A stretch of DNA of 64,000 nucleotides. It comes from an uncultured Aureitalea sp. (GTDB taxonomy: Bacteria > Bacteroidota > Bacteroidia > Flavobacteriales > Flavobacteriaceae). The DNA is taken from positions 4,027-68,026 of the forward strand of contig CAZTLE010000002.1 in assembly GCA_964614415.1 (NCBI GenBank), given 5' to 3'. Made by a program: the position numbers and the translations under genes. The notes beneath the pieces are model-generated. The model was not told the DNA's origin and ran no database searches. It was given only the letters and a program-made list of their open reading frames with translations. This document shows positions 1-9,342 of this stretch, piece by piece (the first letter of the stretch is position 1; each line of letters opens with the position of its first letter).

Positions 1-1060
1 GAATTCGCGATTCTCCGTCAAACGGTTCTTCCCGCCCACCGGAAAAGAAAAAGGTGACATGCGGGTATTTTTCAGTTTCGGCAATTCGAATCTGTCTTTT
101 CCCTTCTCTGGACAGTACTTCTCCCAGCGTATCCTGTAAATTCTCCTTATCGTATACTACTTTGATGTTCTTGAACGAATCGTCGTAGTTCGTGAGTGTG
201 ACGTAATGCAGCGAAAGGGAGGTCATTTCGTATTCGGTCATATCCCGCTGCGTGAGGACCTCGGTGAGTTGTCGCCCCCTGTCGGTTCTGAAATTGAAAA
301 AGATCACGACATCATCGGCTTCTACGCATGACACCGGAGCACTATCTTTCATCATAACAATGGGTTCAATGAACTCATCGGTGATTCCCTGTGAGTAGCT
401 GTCTTTGATGCTTTGAACAGCATCCGTTGAAGGTGTTCCTTTACCCGCAACCAATAGATCATAGGCTTTCTTTACCCGTTCCCAGCGTTTGTCACGGTCC
501 ATTGCGTAGTAACGTCCGATAATGGAAGCGATTGCGCCTGTGGTTTGCTCCATATGTGCCTGCAGGTCGGCAATAAATTCAACACCCGACTGCGGATCAA
601 CATCACGGCCGTCGGTAAACGCATGTACAAATACATTGTCCAGTCCCTCATCGTTGGCAACGGTAAGCAGTCCTTTGAGATGCTCAATGTGGGAGTGGAC
701 TCCGCCATCGGAAACCAATCCCAGTAAATGGACATTCTTATCGTAGGTTTTGGCGTAGTCGAAGGCCTGTTTCAAGGCAGGTTCGTCGCGAAGGGTATCA
801 TTGGTCAGCGCTCTGTTGATCTTTGCCAGATCCTGATATACGATCCGTCCGGCTCCAAGGTTCATATGCCCCACTTCGCTATTTCCCATCTGGCCCTCAG
901 GAAGACCTACATTCATACCATGCGTAAGCAATTGTGAATTGGGATAGGTATTGTATAGTGAATCTATGTAGGGGGTGTCTGCCTGGGCTACGGCCGAAAC
1001 TGCCGGGTCTTGTGTAACACCCCAACCGTCCAGGATCATCAGAAGGACTTTTTTGTTCAT
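1..1060 (-). CDS. gpmI: 2,3-bisphosphoglycerate-independent phosphoglycerate mutase, N-terminal ~353 codons (3' end lies beyond window start)
   Basis: Absent from ORF track because it runs off the window. Reverse complement of 1021-1060 reads MNKKVLLMILDGWG and of 871-900 reads EGQMGNSEVG. Both are hallmark iPGM motifs. Confidence 0.85.
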   Translation of the reverse strand, partial: MNKKVLLMILDGWGVTQDPAVSAVAQADTPYIDSLYNTYPNSQLLTHGMNVGLPEGQMGNSEVGHMNLGAGRIVYQDLAKINRALTNDTLRDEPALKQAFDYAKTYDKNVHLLGLVSDGGVHSHIEHLKGLLTVANDEGLDNVFVHAFTDGRDVDPQSGVEFIADLQAHMEQTTGAIASIIGRYYAMDRDKRWERVKKAYDLLVAGKGTPSTDAVQSIKDSYSQGITDEFIEPIVMMKDSAPVSCVEADDVVIFFNFRTDRGRQLTEVLTQRDMTEYEMTSLSLHYVTLTNYDDSFKNIKVVYDKENLQDTLGEVLSREGKRQIRIAETEKYPHVTFFFSGGREEPFDGESRI

Positions 1061-1096
1061 CGAATGCAAATTTAAGGATATGAATACTTAAATCAC

Positions 1097-1157
1097 AAAA
1101 TTCAAATTCCAAATTCCAAATCCCAAACCTGACTACCGTCAGGCAGGTTCCAAATCC
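1097..1157. repeat. Composite intergenic element: AAATTCC-type heptad array plus type-A hairpin ACCTGACTACCGTCAGGCAGGT
   Basis: Heptads aaaattc/aaattcc/aaattcc/aaatccc at 1097-1127. Inverted repeat cctgac..gtcagg at 1128-1143. G-free on plus strand up to the hairpin. Confidence 0.7.
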
Positions 1158-1201
1158 GCCATGCTACTGCGGATAAGCTATTGTTAAGCCTTAGATATTG
1201 T

Positions 1202-1450
1202 TCAATGTCGCTTTAGTTTCTTCCGATAGGATAGGAGTAAAATTATAAAGATAAGAACCGAAGCAAAGAGAACTATTAGCCAGGGATTCAGAGGAAAACA
1301 AAACTCATTCGACGAGGACAGGCAGTAAACGGGGTATTCTTTGTCATCCAGTTCTCCTCCAACACCCATTAAAATAATGACTACAGGAATTACGAAACTG
1401 ACCATTAGAGCCGCTAGGTATGTTTTAGTCCTTAAAGTGGGCTTTTGCAA
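1202..1450 (-). CDS. small hypothetical membrane protein (two predicted TM helices)
   Basis: 82 aa ORF with hydrophobic stretches VSFVIPVVIILMGV and LIVLFASVLIFIILLL and a basic tail. TTG start lies inside a heptad repeat, so the ATG at 1405 is an alternative start. Confidence 0.35.
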   Translation of the reverse strand: MQKPTLRTKTYLAALMVSFVIPVVIILMGVGGELDDKEYPVYCLSSSNEFCFPLNPWLIVLFASVLIFIILLLSYRKKLKRH

Positions 1451-1497
1451 AATTCAAAATTCAAAATTCAACACTCAACACTCAACACTCAACACTC
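1449..1497. repeat. Perfect period-7 tandem array: AAAATTC x3 then AACACTC x4
   Basis: Read directly: aaaattc aaaattc aaaattc aacactc aacactc aacactc aacactc. No G on plus strand. Lies between the M48 peptidase stop and the small ORF start. Confidence 0.85.
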
Positions 1498-1498
1498 C

Positions 1499-2290
1499 TC
1501 AACCTCCGCTGCTGGTGCTGCCACCTTGTTTATAGGCTTCAATGACAGCTTTTATCCTTTCGATGCGATTGTCCGGATCGGGATGTGTACTTTGGAATTC
1601 GGGGACGCGATTAGGCCCTGCAGCTTCTTTAAGGATCTCCATAACATCGATCAGTTCATAGGGATCATAACCTGAATTTATCATAAAGATGACGCCAAGT
1701 TCATCGCTCTCCAATTCGTCGCCGCGTCCGTTGGTAAGCAAGGTATTTTGGCCGATTCCCGAAACCAAACCTCCTGCGTCCGCACCTACGGAAGCCCCGG
1801 TGGCTAGCGTTTGCCAAAACTCGGTATTCGCAATACGTTCCGCTGAGTGCCTGCCGAGAACATGACCGATTTCGTGCCCCAGGATTCCGGCCAGTTGGTC
1901 TTCGGTCTCCAATTTAGAGAACAGGGCATAGGTGATAAAGATCTGTCCGCCAGGGAGGGCAAATGCGTTAATGGCCCGCTCATCCGCCAGCAAGTGAAAT
2001 TCGTATTTATAGGGAGTCTCTTTCGCAATGCTGTTCTGAACGAGTTTGTTCCCTACCATATCCACAAAATCCTGCATGCGATTATCGGGATGAAGCCCAC
2101 CGTGTTGCTGGGCCATTTGGGGCGCGCTCTGCAAGCCGATGGCAATTTCCTCTTCGGCATTCATCGAGATCACTTGCTTTCGTCCGGTATATGGATTCGT
2201 TTCCGTATTACCCCATTTCTTGAAGAAGGCAAAAGCGACAATGGCCAGCCCGATCAAGATTCTGATTTTCCAACTTCCTCTTAGTCTCAT
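1499..2290 (-). CDS. M48 family zinc metallopeptidase
   Basis: HEIGHVLGRH zinc motif (HExxH), N-terminal TM/signal segment, 263 aa. Confidence 0.85.
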   Translation of the reverse strand: MRLRGSWKIRILIGLAIVAFAFFKKWGNTETNPYTGRKQVISMNAEEEIAIGLQSAPQMAQQHGGLHPDNRMQDFVDMVGNKLVQNSIAKETPYKYEFHLLADERAINAFALPGGQIFITYALFSKLETEDQLAGILGHEIGHVLGRHSAERIANTEFWQTLATGASVGADAGGLVSGIGQNTLLTNGRGDELESDELGVIFMINSGYDPYELIDVMEILKEAAGPNRVPEFQSTHPDPDNRIERIKAVIEAYKQGGSTSSGG

Positions 2291-2317
2291 GATTAGTGTT
2301 TTTGCCTATTAAAGGTA

Positions 2318-3055
2318 CTAAAGTAATTTGGGATTGATATCGAGAATATTCTGGGAACGATACCGGTTGATAAAGTCATCTGTAAAGTGCTCGCTCCCCG
2401 CTATTTTTTCTTCCTGAAGTACCTGCTTGATATCCAGTTTTCGGTACTCCTGAAGCATGGGTTTTGACACCGGAGCATAGCTAAAATGCCAGGGTTCGTA
2501 CTTAAAGCCCATTCTGCCCGGCAGATCGGTATAAACCTCATAAAAACCAAAATCTTCGGCATGCTCATCCAACCACTCTTTTAGTTTGCAGAAAGCGCCT
2601 TTTCCATGAAAGTGTCGTTCCTGGAGTACACTTTCGGGACGCGGCCGTCCATTGGCATCAATAATGTCGATGTCCGTGCCCCAATGGTGCCGGGAGGTTC
2701 CCGGTATGGTGGAGTACTCAATTATTTTTTCTATAGCTGCTATGGGTGAAAGTCCCTGCCCGGTAAATCGCCTGTACTTACCTTCAAAGATCTCTTTTTG
2801 CCGCTGAAAGCTGCGATAGGCTGAGACCATCTCAATGGCAATACCCTGAGTTGCTGCCTGGGTTTTCATACGTTGATAGCTATCAAACGCTTCCGGGTGC
2901 ATTTTAAAGCCATCCCCTTTGAACTCCGGATTGCCCTTCCCAATAAGTTGATCGCGGGTATAGGTCGGATTCAAAAGGGGCCAGGACCACCCTTTGGAGG
3001 TAGCAATCCCAAACCCGGCCAATGTTGTTGTTTGAATAAATGTACGTCGCTTCAT
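2318..3055 (-). CDS. M15 family D-alanyl-D-alanine carboxypeptidase (VanY-like), Tat-signal bearing
   Basis: MKRRTFIQTTTLAG twin-arginine signal. SAYRSFQRQ, HHWGTDIDI and EPWHFSY motifs are typical of peptidase M15B. Confidence 0.8.
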   Translation of the reverse strand: MKRRTFIQTTTLAGFGIATSKGWSWPLLNPTYTRDQLIGKGNPEFKGDGFKMHPEAFDSYQRMKTQAATQGIAIEMVSAYRSFQRQKEIFEGKYRRFTGQGLSPIAAIEKIIEYSTIPGTSRHHWGTDIDIIDANGRPRPESVLQERHFHGKGAFCKLKEWLDEHAEDFGFYEVYTDLPGRMGFKYEPWHFSYAPVSKPMLQEYRKLDIKQVLQEEKIAGSEHFTDDFINRYRSQNILDINPKLL

Positions 3056-3097
3056 TTCCTTACTGAAGTCATTAAAATTACTATTAATTTAGCACAT

Positions 3098-3526
3098 ATG
3101 AATGTTCGCTTTGAGATAATACCGACATCCCAAATTGAGATCATAATTCCCTACTTGCAGGAATTAGGCCAACATAGCATTCCGGAGGAAGTTCTTCGGG
3201 AGCGGGTACTTGAAATGGCAACCCAAAACTATGAATGTCTGGGTATTTACGACGACACGGATCTCATCGGAATTTGCGGTATGTGGTTTCAAACCCGCCA
3301 TTACTCAGGTCGCAGCCTGGAGGTAGATCACGTAATTATTAGTGATTTGTACAGAAGTAAGGGGATAGGCAATCTCCTTATGGAATTTGTGTACGATCAT
3401 GCCCGAAACAAGAAGTGCAACTGGGTGGAACTAAACACCTATGTCGATAACTACCCTTCCCATAAATTCTACTACAACCAGGGGTTTATTTCCCGGGGAT
3501 ATCACATGATCAAAAAACTCAGCTAA
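3098..3526 (+). CDS. GNAT family N-acetyltransferase
   Basis: ATG at 3098 (MNVRFEII...) avoids the overlap with the M15 gene. RSKGIGNLLMEFVYDHA acetyl-CoA binding-like motif. Confidence 0.7.
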   Translation: MNVRFEIIPTSQIEIIIPYLQELGQHSIPEEVLRERVLEMATQNYECLGIYDDTDLIGICGMWFQTRHYSGRSLEVDHVIISDLYRSKGIGNLLMEFVYDHARNKKCNWVELNTYVDNYPSHKFYYNQGFISRGYHMIKKLS

Positions 3527-4226
3527 GATCATTCAGTAAGCTGCCCGATTCGATTTCATAGGCTTCTTTGCCATGTTCAAATACTCGAACTGAGAGCCCT
3601 CCGCGTAAAACAATATCATTCCCGGTCACGCGCAACCAACTGCCCTCCCGCAATCCGATCACAGGGATTTGATTCTGGCTGTGAAATTCTCCGATGCGGT
3701 CTTCCCTGGTTTCGCCCATATGGGTGCTGTTCGGATCGGGATCCAAATAGTGCGGATTAATATTGAATGGAACGGTTCCCAGGGTTTTGAACGAGGGTGG
3801 GTAGACAATCGGCATATCATTAGTAGTTTGCATGGTCACGCCACAGATATTGCTTCCGGCGCTGGTGCCCAGGTACGGTGTGCCATTAAAAATCGCCTCT
3901 CGCAATGGCGCCATAACCTGATTTTGATACAATTGACTTACCAGCAAAAAGGTGTTACCGCCCCCTGTGAAAATCCCTTTGGCCTGGGAAACGGCTTCAG
4001 CCGGGTTGGGAAATGTGTGGATTCCTGTAACCTTCTTTCCGATATCGGAAAAATACTTAGAAGCCAATTCCGTATAGACATCATGTGACCTTCCGCCGGG
4101 TCGGGCATAAGGAATGAACAATATCTCATCGATATCCGAATAAAACTTGATAAGAGATTCTTTCAGATATTCCAGATAAGACTGACCGTGAACTGTGGAT
4201 GTGCTGGCAATGATGAGATTTTTCAT
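3519..4226 (-). CDS. pepE: dipeptidase E (peptidase S51)
   Basis: 235 aa. GTSAGSNI nucleophile-Ser motif and overall PepE-like layout. Confidence 0.8.
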   Translation of the reverse strand: MKNLIIASTSTVHGQSYLEYLKESLIKFYSDIDEILFIPYARPGGRSHDVYTELASKYFSDIGKKVTGIHTFPNPAEAVSQAKGIFTGGGNTFLLVSQLYQNQVMAPLREAIFNGTPYLGTSAGSNICGVTMQTTNDMPIVYPPSFKTLGTVPFNINPHYLDPDPNSTHMGETREDRIGEFHSQNQIPVIGLREGSWLRVTGNDIVLRGGLSVRVFEHGKEAYEIESGSLLNDLS

Positions 4227-4273
4227 AAGGCGTAATTATATAGCTTAAAGTTAATGAGGATTTTCGAACCACA

Positions 4274-4350
4274 AATCAGGAACCATGAATCAGGAACCAA
4301 GACTCGTAGACAAATCATCAAATCAACAAATCAACCAATCAACAAATCAA
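4274..4350. repeat. Intergenic tandem repeats: AATCAGGAACC x2 (period 14) and CAAATCAA-type octads x5
   Basis: aatcaggaacc at 4274-4284 and 4288-4298. caaatcat caaatcaa caaatcaa ccaatcaa caaatcaa at 4311-4350. Lies in the divergent pepE/ICMT control region. Confidence 0.8.
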
Positions 4351-4426
4351 CAGTTCAGCCTCCAACTCAGAATCTCGTACGTTGCAACTTACTGTCGTAT
4401 CTTTACTGAGATCTTCATATAGCACC

Positions 4427-4894
4427 ATGAGTTTGTTTTTTCGGAATCTGTTGCACGCGCTGCTATTGCCCGGAACTGTGGCCCTGCTCATACCGTGGTT
4501 GATAGCACGGGACGAGTTTGCTCAGGTGATCGTTTCGGCTCAGTGGTATCAGTGGTTCGGAATTCTGTTTTTTACTTTTGGAGCCGCTGTACTGATACGT
4601 TGCATTGCAGCTTTTGCGCAGAAGGGGAGAGGGACCTTGTCGCCCATTGATCCTACTAGGGAGCTAGTCGTTTCAGGTATGTATAAGTATACCCGGAACC
4701 CTATGTATGTGGGCGTATTGCTGATGCTCATCGGATGGGCCATTGCCGTAACCATGGCCGAGTTATGGTGGTATACACTTTTGGTGTTTGTTGTTTTCAA
4801 CGCCTTCATTCACTTCGTCGAAGAACCCCGCTTGCGACGCGATTTTGGTACGTCATACCTTGAGTATTGCAAGAAGGTACGGCGCTGGTTTTAA
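4427..4894 (+). CDS. isoprenylcysteine carboxyl methyltransferase (ICMT) family membrane methyltransferase
   Basis: YKYTRNPMYVGVLL and VEEPRLRRDFG motifs, multiple TM helices. ATG at 4427 preferred over TTG at 4382. Confidence 0.75.
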   Translation: MSLFFRNLLHALLLPGTVALLIPWLIARDEFAQVIVSAQWYQWFGILFFTFGAAVLIRCIAAFAQKGRGTLSPIDPTRELVVSGMYKYTRNPMYVGVLLMLIGWAIAVTMAELWWYTLLVFVVFNAFIHFVEEPRLRRDFGTSYLEYCKKVRRWF

Positions 4895-4950
4895 AATAAA
4901 TCCGACGTATTACCGGGCTTTTTCTATTTTTAGCCTTCAATCGAACATCT

Positions 4951-6462
4951 ATGGAAAACACTACTATTATCCTTATAGTTATGATCCTGTACATGGTAGG
5001 CCTTATATCATGGGGAATCTATCAGGGCAGAAAAGTTAAAACCAGTAGTGATTTTTCCATTGCAGGACGCAAGTTGCCGGGTTGGGTCGCGGCCCTTTCC
5101 GAACGTGCCACAGGAGAATCTTCCTGGGCGTTACTCGGCTTACCGGGAGCGGCCTACGCGACAGGGTTGTTGGAGATTTGGACGGCCATTGGCTGCGTCA
5201 TGGGAATCCTGGTAGCCTGGATCTTTCTTGCCCAACGATTGCGCAATGAGGCTGAGAAATACCAGGTAGAGACGTTCACCGATTACATTGCCAAACGACA
5301 TGGAGAAGTAGGGAAGTGGATACGAATTGCGGGTAGCATTACCATTGTTTTCTTTTTCTTTTTCTATGTGGGAGCACAGTTCCTTGGAGGGGGTAAGACC
5401 CTTAATAACCTCTTCGGGATCGAACCTATCTGGGGAATGCTCATTGTAGTGTTGTTAGTTGTACCCTACACCATTTACGGCGGATTCCGTTCAGTTACTT
5501 ATACGGATGTCATTCAAGCCGTATTGATGATTGTCACCCTGATCATTGCGCCTATTGCCGGTATTATCTATTTGTCTGATATGCCGGAAGGCTCCCTGTA
5601 TGCGGGAAGTATCGGGGAAGCATTGAACAAAGCCGGTGAGAGCTATTCGACCATGACAGGCGGCGCTGTGGTAAAGGAGGACTCGGCCCTGTTCGGATTT
5701 CTGAATGACTTAAACATTTTTGAAACAATCAAAGGAGTAGGTGCCGGTATCATAATTGCAAGTGCGTTTTCGTGGTTTTTTGGCTATTTGGGAGGACAAC
5801 CTCAACTCACTACCCGGTTTATGGCGATCAAGGATGGCAAGCAGGCCCGGATTGCAAGGAATATTGGAGTCATTTGGACTCTGATCGCCTACACGGGTGC
5901 TTTGCTTATAGGATTTATCGGGATCGCCATCTTCGGGCCTTTGGGTCTGTCCGATCAGGAAACGGTCATGCCCGAGGTACTCACAACGGTATTTCCTCCG
6001 CTTGTATCTGGGATTCTCATCACAGGGGTGTTGGCAGCCATAATATCAACTGCCAATTCCCTGCTCATACTTTCCGCTACCGAGCTTTCGGAAAATATTG
6101 TCAACCCTAGCTTTGGTGCCAAAAGCGATTCCAAAGCGCTCTCCCGTTCCCGGCTTATTACAGGGCTATTGGCCCTCATTGCCCTGGGTGTGGCCTATTT
6201 GTCACCCAGCAATCTCGTCTATGGCATAGTAGGTTATGTATGGGCCGGTATAGGTTCTACTTTTTCGGTAGTGATACTTCTCACGCTGTTTTGGAAACGA
6301 TATCACGGGATTCCCGCGTTACTCACCATAATTGTAGGTTTGATATTTACCATTGTATGGATCGGTAGCGGGATGGATGCTGTGATCACAGCGCGCATTA
6401 TGACATTTTTGGTGGCCGGCGCAACCGCCATTATCTCCTCGTATCTCATTAAAAGAAAATAG
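4951..6462 (+). CDS. sodium:solute symporter family transporter
   Basis: 503 aa polytopic protein. N-terminal GRKLPGWVAALSERATGESSWALLGLPG is typical of SSS (PutP/PanF-like) carriers. Confidence 0.8.
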   Translation: MENTTIILIVMILYMVGLISWGIYQGRKVKTSSDFSIAGRKLPGWVAALSERATGESSWALLGLPGAAYATGLLEIWTAIGCVMGILVAWIFLAQRLRNEAEKYQVETFTDYIAKRHGEVGKWIRIAGSITIVFFFFFYVGAQFLGGGKTLNNLFGIEPIWGMLIVVLLVVPYTIYGGFRSVTYTDVIQAVLMIVTLIIAPIAGIIYLSDMPEGSLYAGSIGEALNKAGESYSTMTGGAVVKEDSALFGFLNDLNIFETIKGVGAGIIIASAFSWFFGYLGGQPQLTTRFMAIKDGKQARIARNIGVIWTLIAYTGALLIGFIGIAIFGPLGLSDQETVMPEVLTTVFPPLVSGILITGVLAAIISTANSLLILSATELSENIVNPSFGAKSDSKALSRSRLITGLLALIALGVAYLSPSNLVYGIVGYVWAGIGSTFSVVILLTLFWKRYHGIPALLTIIVGLIFTIVWIGSGMDAVITARIMTFLVAGATAIISSYLIKRK

Positions 6463-6467
6463 GCAAC

Positions 6468-7073
6468 ATGACAATCAAGAACGTAATCTTTGACTTCGGA
6501 AATGTAATTATCGATTGGGATCCAAAGTATCTCTACGAAAAGCTGTTCGACGACAAAGGGGAGATGGATCATTTTCTCACCCACATTTGTGATATGGAAT
6601 GGCATAGTCATCAGGACGGTGGGCGTACCTTTAAAGAAGCGACCGATATTAAACTCGCAGAGTTTCCGGAACATGCCGACATGATACGCCGTTTCTATGG
6701 AGACTGGGATCAGATGTTCAAAGGCCAGATCGAAGTAAATGTGGCGCTTATCGATCCGTTAAAGGAAAAAGGATATCGCCTGTTCGGACTTACAAACTGG
6801 CCCGGTGAGATCTTCGAAGAGTCCCGCAAGATGTTCCCGGCGTTCGCTAAGTTTGAAGGCATCGTGGTCTCGGGGATTGAGCGTACCGTAAAACCCTATC
6901 CAGAGATCTATCGAATTCTTCTGGATCGTTATGATCTAAATGCTTCGGAATGCTTTTTTATCGATGACAGAAAGGAAAATATAGATGCTGCCGTTGCCCT
7001 GGGATTTGACGGACTGCATTATATCCCTGGAAGTGACCTGCGCAGTCAGCTTCTGGAACGCGGTCTGCTTTAG
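6468..7073 (+). CDS. HAD family hydrolase (subfamily IA)
   Basis: FDFGNV motif I, TN motif II, K...FIDD motif III/IV. Confidence 0.75.
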   Translation: MTIKNVIFDFGNVIIDWDPKYLYEKLFDDKGEMDHFLTHICDMEWHSHQDGGRTFKEATDIKLAEFPEHADMIRRFYGDWDQMFKGQIEVNVALIDPLKEKGYRLFGLTNWPGEIFEESRKMFPAFAKFEGIVVSGIERTVKPYPEIYRILLDRYDLNASECFFIDDRKENIDAAVALGFDGLHYIPGSDLRSQLLERGLL

Positions 7074-7141
7074 CTAAATTTAACACCCCTCACTTACAAC
7101 TTTAAGACTTTGGTAAGAAAACAAAGTCGTATCTTTAAGGT

Positions 7142-7948
7142 ATGAGAGGTACCCTACTTTCGCTGCTTGTTTTTTTTCTGTCTTTTTCGGCTTTTGCACA
7201 GCAGATTGAGCGGGTAGCTATCCGTGGTCAGATTACGGCTCCGGTGAGCGAGGATGTAGAGGGTATCAATATTTATAATATTTCTTCCCAACAAGGAACG
7301 GTGACCGATGAGGAGGGCTATTTTGACCTCGAGGTGGCAGAAAATGACCGGGTTTTGGTGACGGCAGTTCAGTTTCAAAGTTTTACGATAATTGTAGACG
7401 AGGGTGTGGTCGACAGCCGAAAGATGAACGTGTATCTGAACCCCTCCGTTACCCAGTTGGATGAAGTGATCGTTCGGCCTTATGACCTCTCTGGGAATAT
7501 TGTGGCCGATGTCTCCCGTATCCGTACCTCTGAAGCCGGCCCCGGTATAAGCTATACGTACGAGTCCCGGGAGTTTGGATATGAATTTGCGCCCGATCAG
7601 TATACGACGTATCAGGGAAATGCAGCCGAAGAAGCCCTTAATAACGAAGGGGTGACCAATGGAGCTAATATCGGTGCGTTGATCGGTTTATTGTTTAAAA
7701 AGAAAAAACCGGTGCGCGAAGTGGTTCTGAATAAGGAGGCCGTTACGGTTGCACTCCGTCAACGCTTCAGTAACAATTACATTTCAACCGTATTCGGAAT
7801 TCCTTCCGAGAAGGTGAATGATTTCATTTATTTCGCTGAAGAAAACGGCATAGAGCCACAGTGGTTGCGATCTGAAAACGAGATCATCCTTTTGGATTTC
7901 CTGTACAGCCAAAGCGAAAAATACAAAACGCAGATTGGCGGTCGTTAA
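7142..7948 (+). CDS. carboxypeptidase-regulatory-like domain protein, secreted
   Basis: Signal peptide. IRGQITAP...GINIYN...GTVTDEEGYFDLEV...VTAVQFQS resembles the CarboxypepD_reg fold pattern. Confidence 0.6.
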   Translation: MRGTLLSLLVFFLSFSAFAQQIERVAIRGQITAPVSEDVEGINIYNISSQQGTVTDEEGYFDLEVAENDRVLVTAVQFQSFTIIVDEGVVDSRKMNVYLNPSVTQLDEVIVRPYDLSGNIVADVSRIRTSEAGPGISYTYESREFGYEFAPDQYTTYQGNAAEEALNNEGVTNGANIGALIGLLFKKKKPVREVVLNKEAVTVALRQRFSNNYISTVFGIPSEKVNDFIYFAEENGIEPQWLRSENEIILLDFLYSQSEKYKTQIGGR

Positions 7949-8711
7949 ACACATTGCATGGACCTTATGCGTTCTGCTCTTCTCATGCTCCGTGAGTGCC
8001 CAGGAGAAGCTCCTCAAGGGTACCATAGATAACGAACGCGATATAGAGGGTATTCACATTTTAAACAAATCTTCCGGATTCAATACCATTACCAATGAGC
8101 TCGGTGTGTTCGAGATTTGGGCGAAGCAGGGAGATACTTTATTTGTTTCTTCAATTGTGTACATCCCGGAGAAGATCATTGTTTCACGGGATATGTATGG
8201 AACCGGTAAAATTTCACTTCAGCTCACCCCATTGGTCAACGAACTGGATGAGGTATTCCTGGGTCCTAAACTTACAGGGAATCTGGTGACAGACCTGAAA
8301 AGTATTGAGACGGAAGACCCTATTAACTTTGATGATGTGGGAATTCCCGGATTCAAGGGAGAGCCCGAAGAGAAGATACCAAATCTCCTGGGACAGGTAA
8401 TCACCCCGTTGTCTATAGACGTTGAAGGTTTATATAAACATATTAGCGGTTATTACGAAACCCTGAGGACCCGTCGCAAGTGGGAAAAACAAAACAGGGA
8501 TGTTGTGCGTATGATAAATTTCTATACGCCGGAGTTTTTCGAGGAGTCCTATGCAATTCCCGGCGATCGTTTGTACGATTTTTTGTTGTTTTGCATTGAG
8601 ACTTCGGAAATTCAAAATGATTTTGCCAAAGAGAATTATGCCGGGGTCCTTGCCACCTACAAAGAGAAAGGGGCCGTATATGTCTCACGCCTTTCCGAAA
8701 AAAAGGAATGA
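7935..8711 (+). CDS. carboxypeptidase-regulatory-like domain protein, tandem paralog of 7142..7948
   Basis: LKGTIDNERDIEGIHILN...ITNELGVFEIWAKQGDTLFVSSIVY parallels the upstream gene. TTG start overlaps the upstream stop, so the start is uncertain. Confidence 0.55.
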   Translation: MAVVKHIAWTLCVLLFSCSVSAQEKLLKGTIDNERDIEGIHILNKSSGFNTITNELGVFEIWAKQGDTLFVSSIVYIPEKIIVSRDMYGTGKISLQLTPLVNELDEVFLGPKLTGNLVTDLKSIETEDPINFDDVGIPGFKGEPEEKIPNLLGQVITPLSIDVEGLYKHISGYYETLRTRRKWEKQNRDVVRMINFYTPEFFEESYAIPGDRLYDFLLFCIETSEIQNDFAKENYAGVLATYKEKGAVYVSRLSEKKE

Positions 8712-8755
8712 TAATTGTAACGGGTGGGAAGACAAATCGTCTTATGTTCGGTACT

Positions 8756-9271
8756 ATGAAAACTTCTTCGAAATTTTTAAAGGTAACTCTGTTACTTCTA
8801 TTAGTTCCATTCCTTACGGCATCTACCGATCACAAGTTTTACGTGAGTATTACTAAGATCGAATACGCAGAGGAAAGTCAGGCACTTCAGATCATTTCCA
8901 AAATATTTATCGACGACATCGAATCGGTGTTGCGTGACAGGTACAACCCCAACCTGAACCTGGGCGAGCCCAAGGAAACCGAGGCGGACACTCGTCTTTT
9001 TAAGAAGTACTTCATGGACAAGTTTCAGGTTTGGGTGAATGGAGAAGAAGTAGTGCTCAATTACCTGGGTAAAGAGTACGATATCGATCAGGTAAAGGTG
9101 TATATCGAAATTGAAGGTATTTCCGAAGTCAATAGCATTCAGGTTCAAAGTAAAATACTATACGATAAGTTTGAAGAACAGCAGAACATTATCCATTGCA
9201 AAGTAGGACGTAAAAGACGCAGTTTAATACTTGAAAAGGAGAATCCTAAAGGAGTGTTAAACTTCGACTAA
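8756..9271 (+). CDS. conserved hypothetical secreted protein (possibly the DUF6702 family)
   Basis: Signal peptide, then HKFYVSITKIEYAEESQALQIISKIFIDD. The family assignment is from memory only. Confidence 0.45.
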   Translation: MKTSSKFLKVTLLLLLVPFLTASTDHKFYVSITKIEYAEESQALQIISKIFIDDIESVLRDRYNPNLNLGEPKETEADTRLFKKYFMDKFQVWVNGEEVVLNYLGKEYDIDQVKVYIEIEGISEVNSIQVQSKILYDKFEEQQNIIHCKVGRKRRSLILEKENPKGVLNFD

Positions 9272-9342
9272 GCCCCACTATTTGTGCATAATAAAAGCTA
9301 TTTTTAGTCGCTAAATAATTACATCAAATCACTTATTACATC

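Noticed and set aside
1-6. The window begins with GAATTC (EcoRI site), which might mark a cloning boundary
   Set aside because: A 6-mer at an arbitrary window edge carries no weight. The gpmI reading frame simply continues beyond the edge.
2873-3097. 75-codon N-terminal extension of the GNAT ORF in the track
   Set aside because: The extension overlaps the M15 peptidase gene on the opposite strand and looks non-protein-like. An ATG at 3098 gives a normal-length GNAT.
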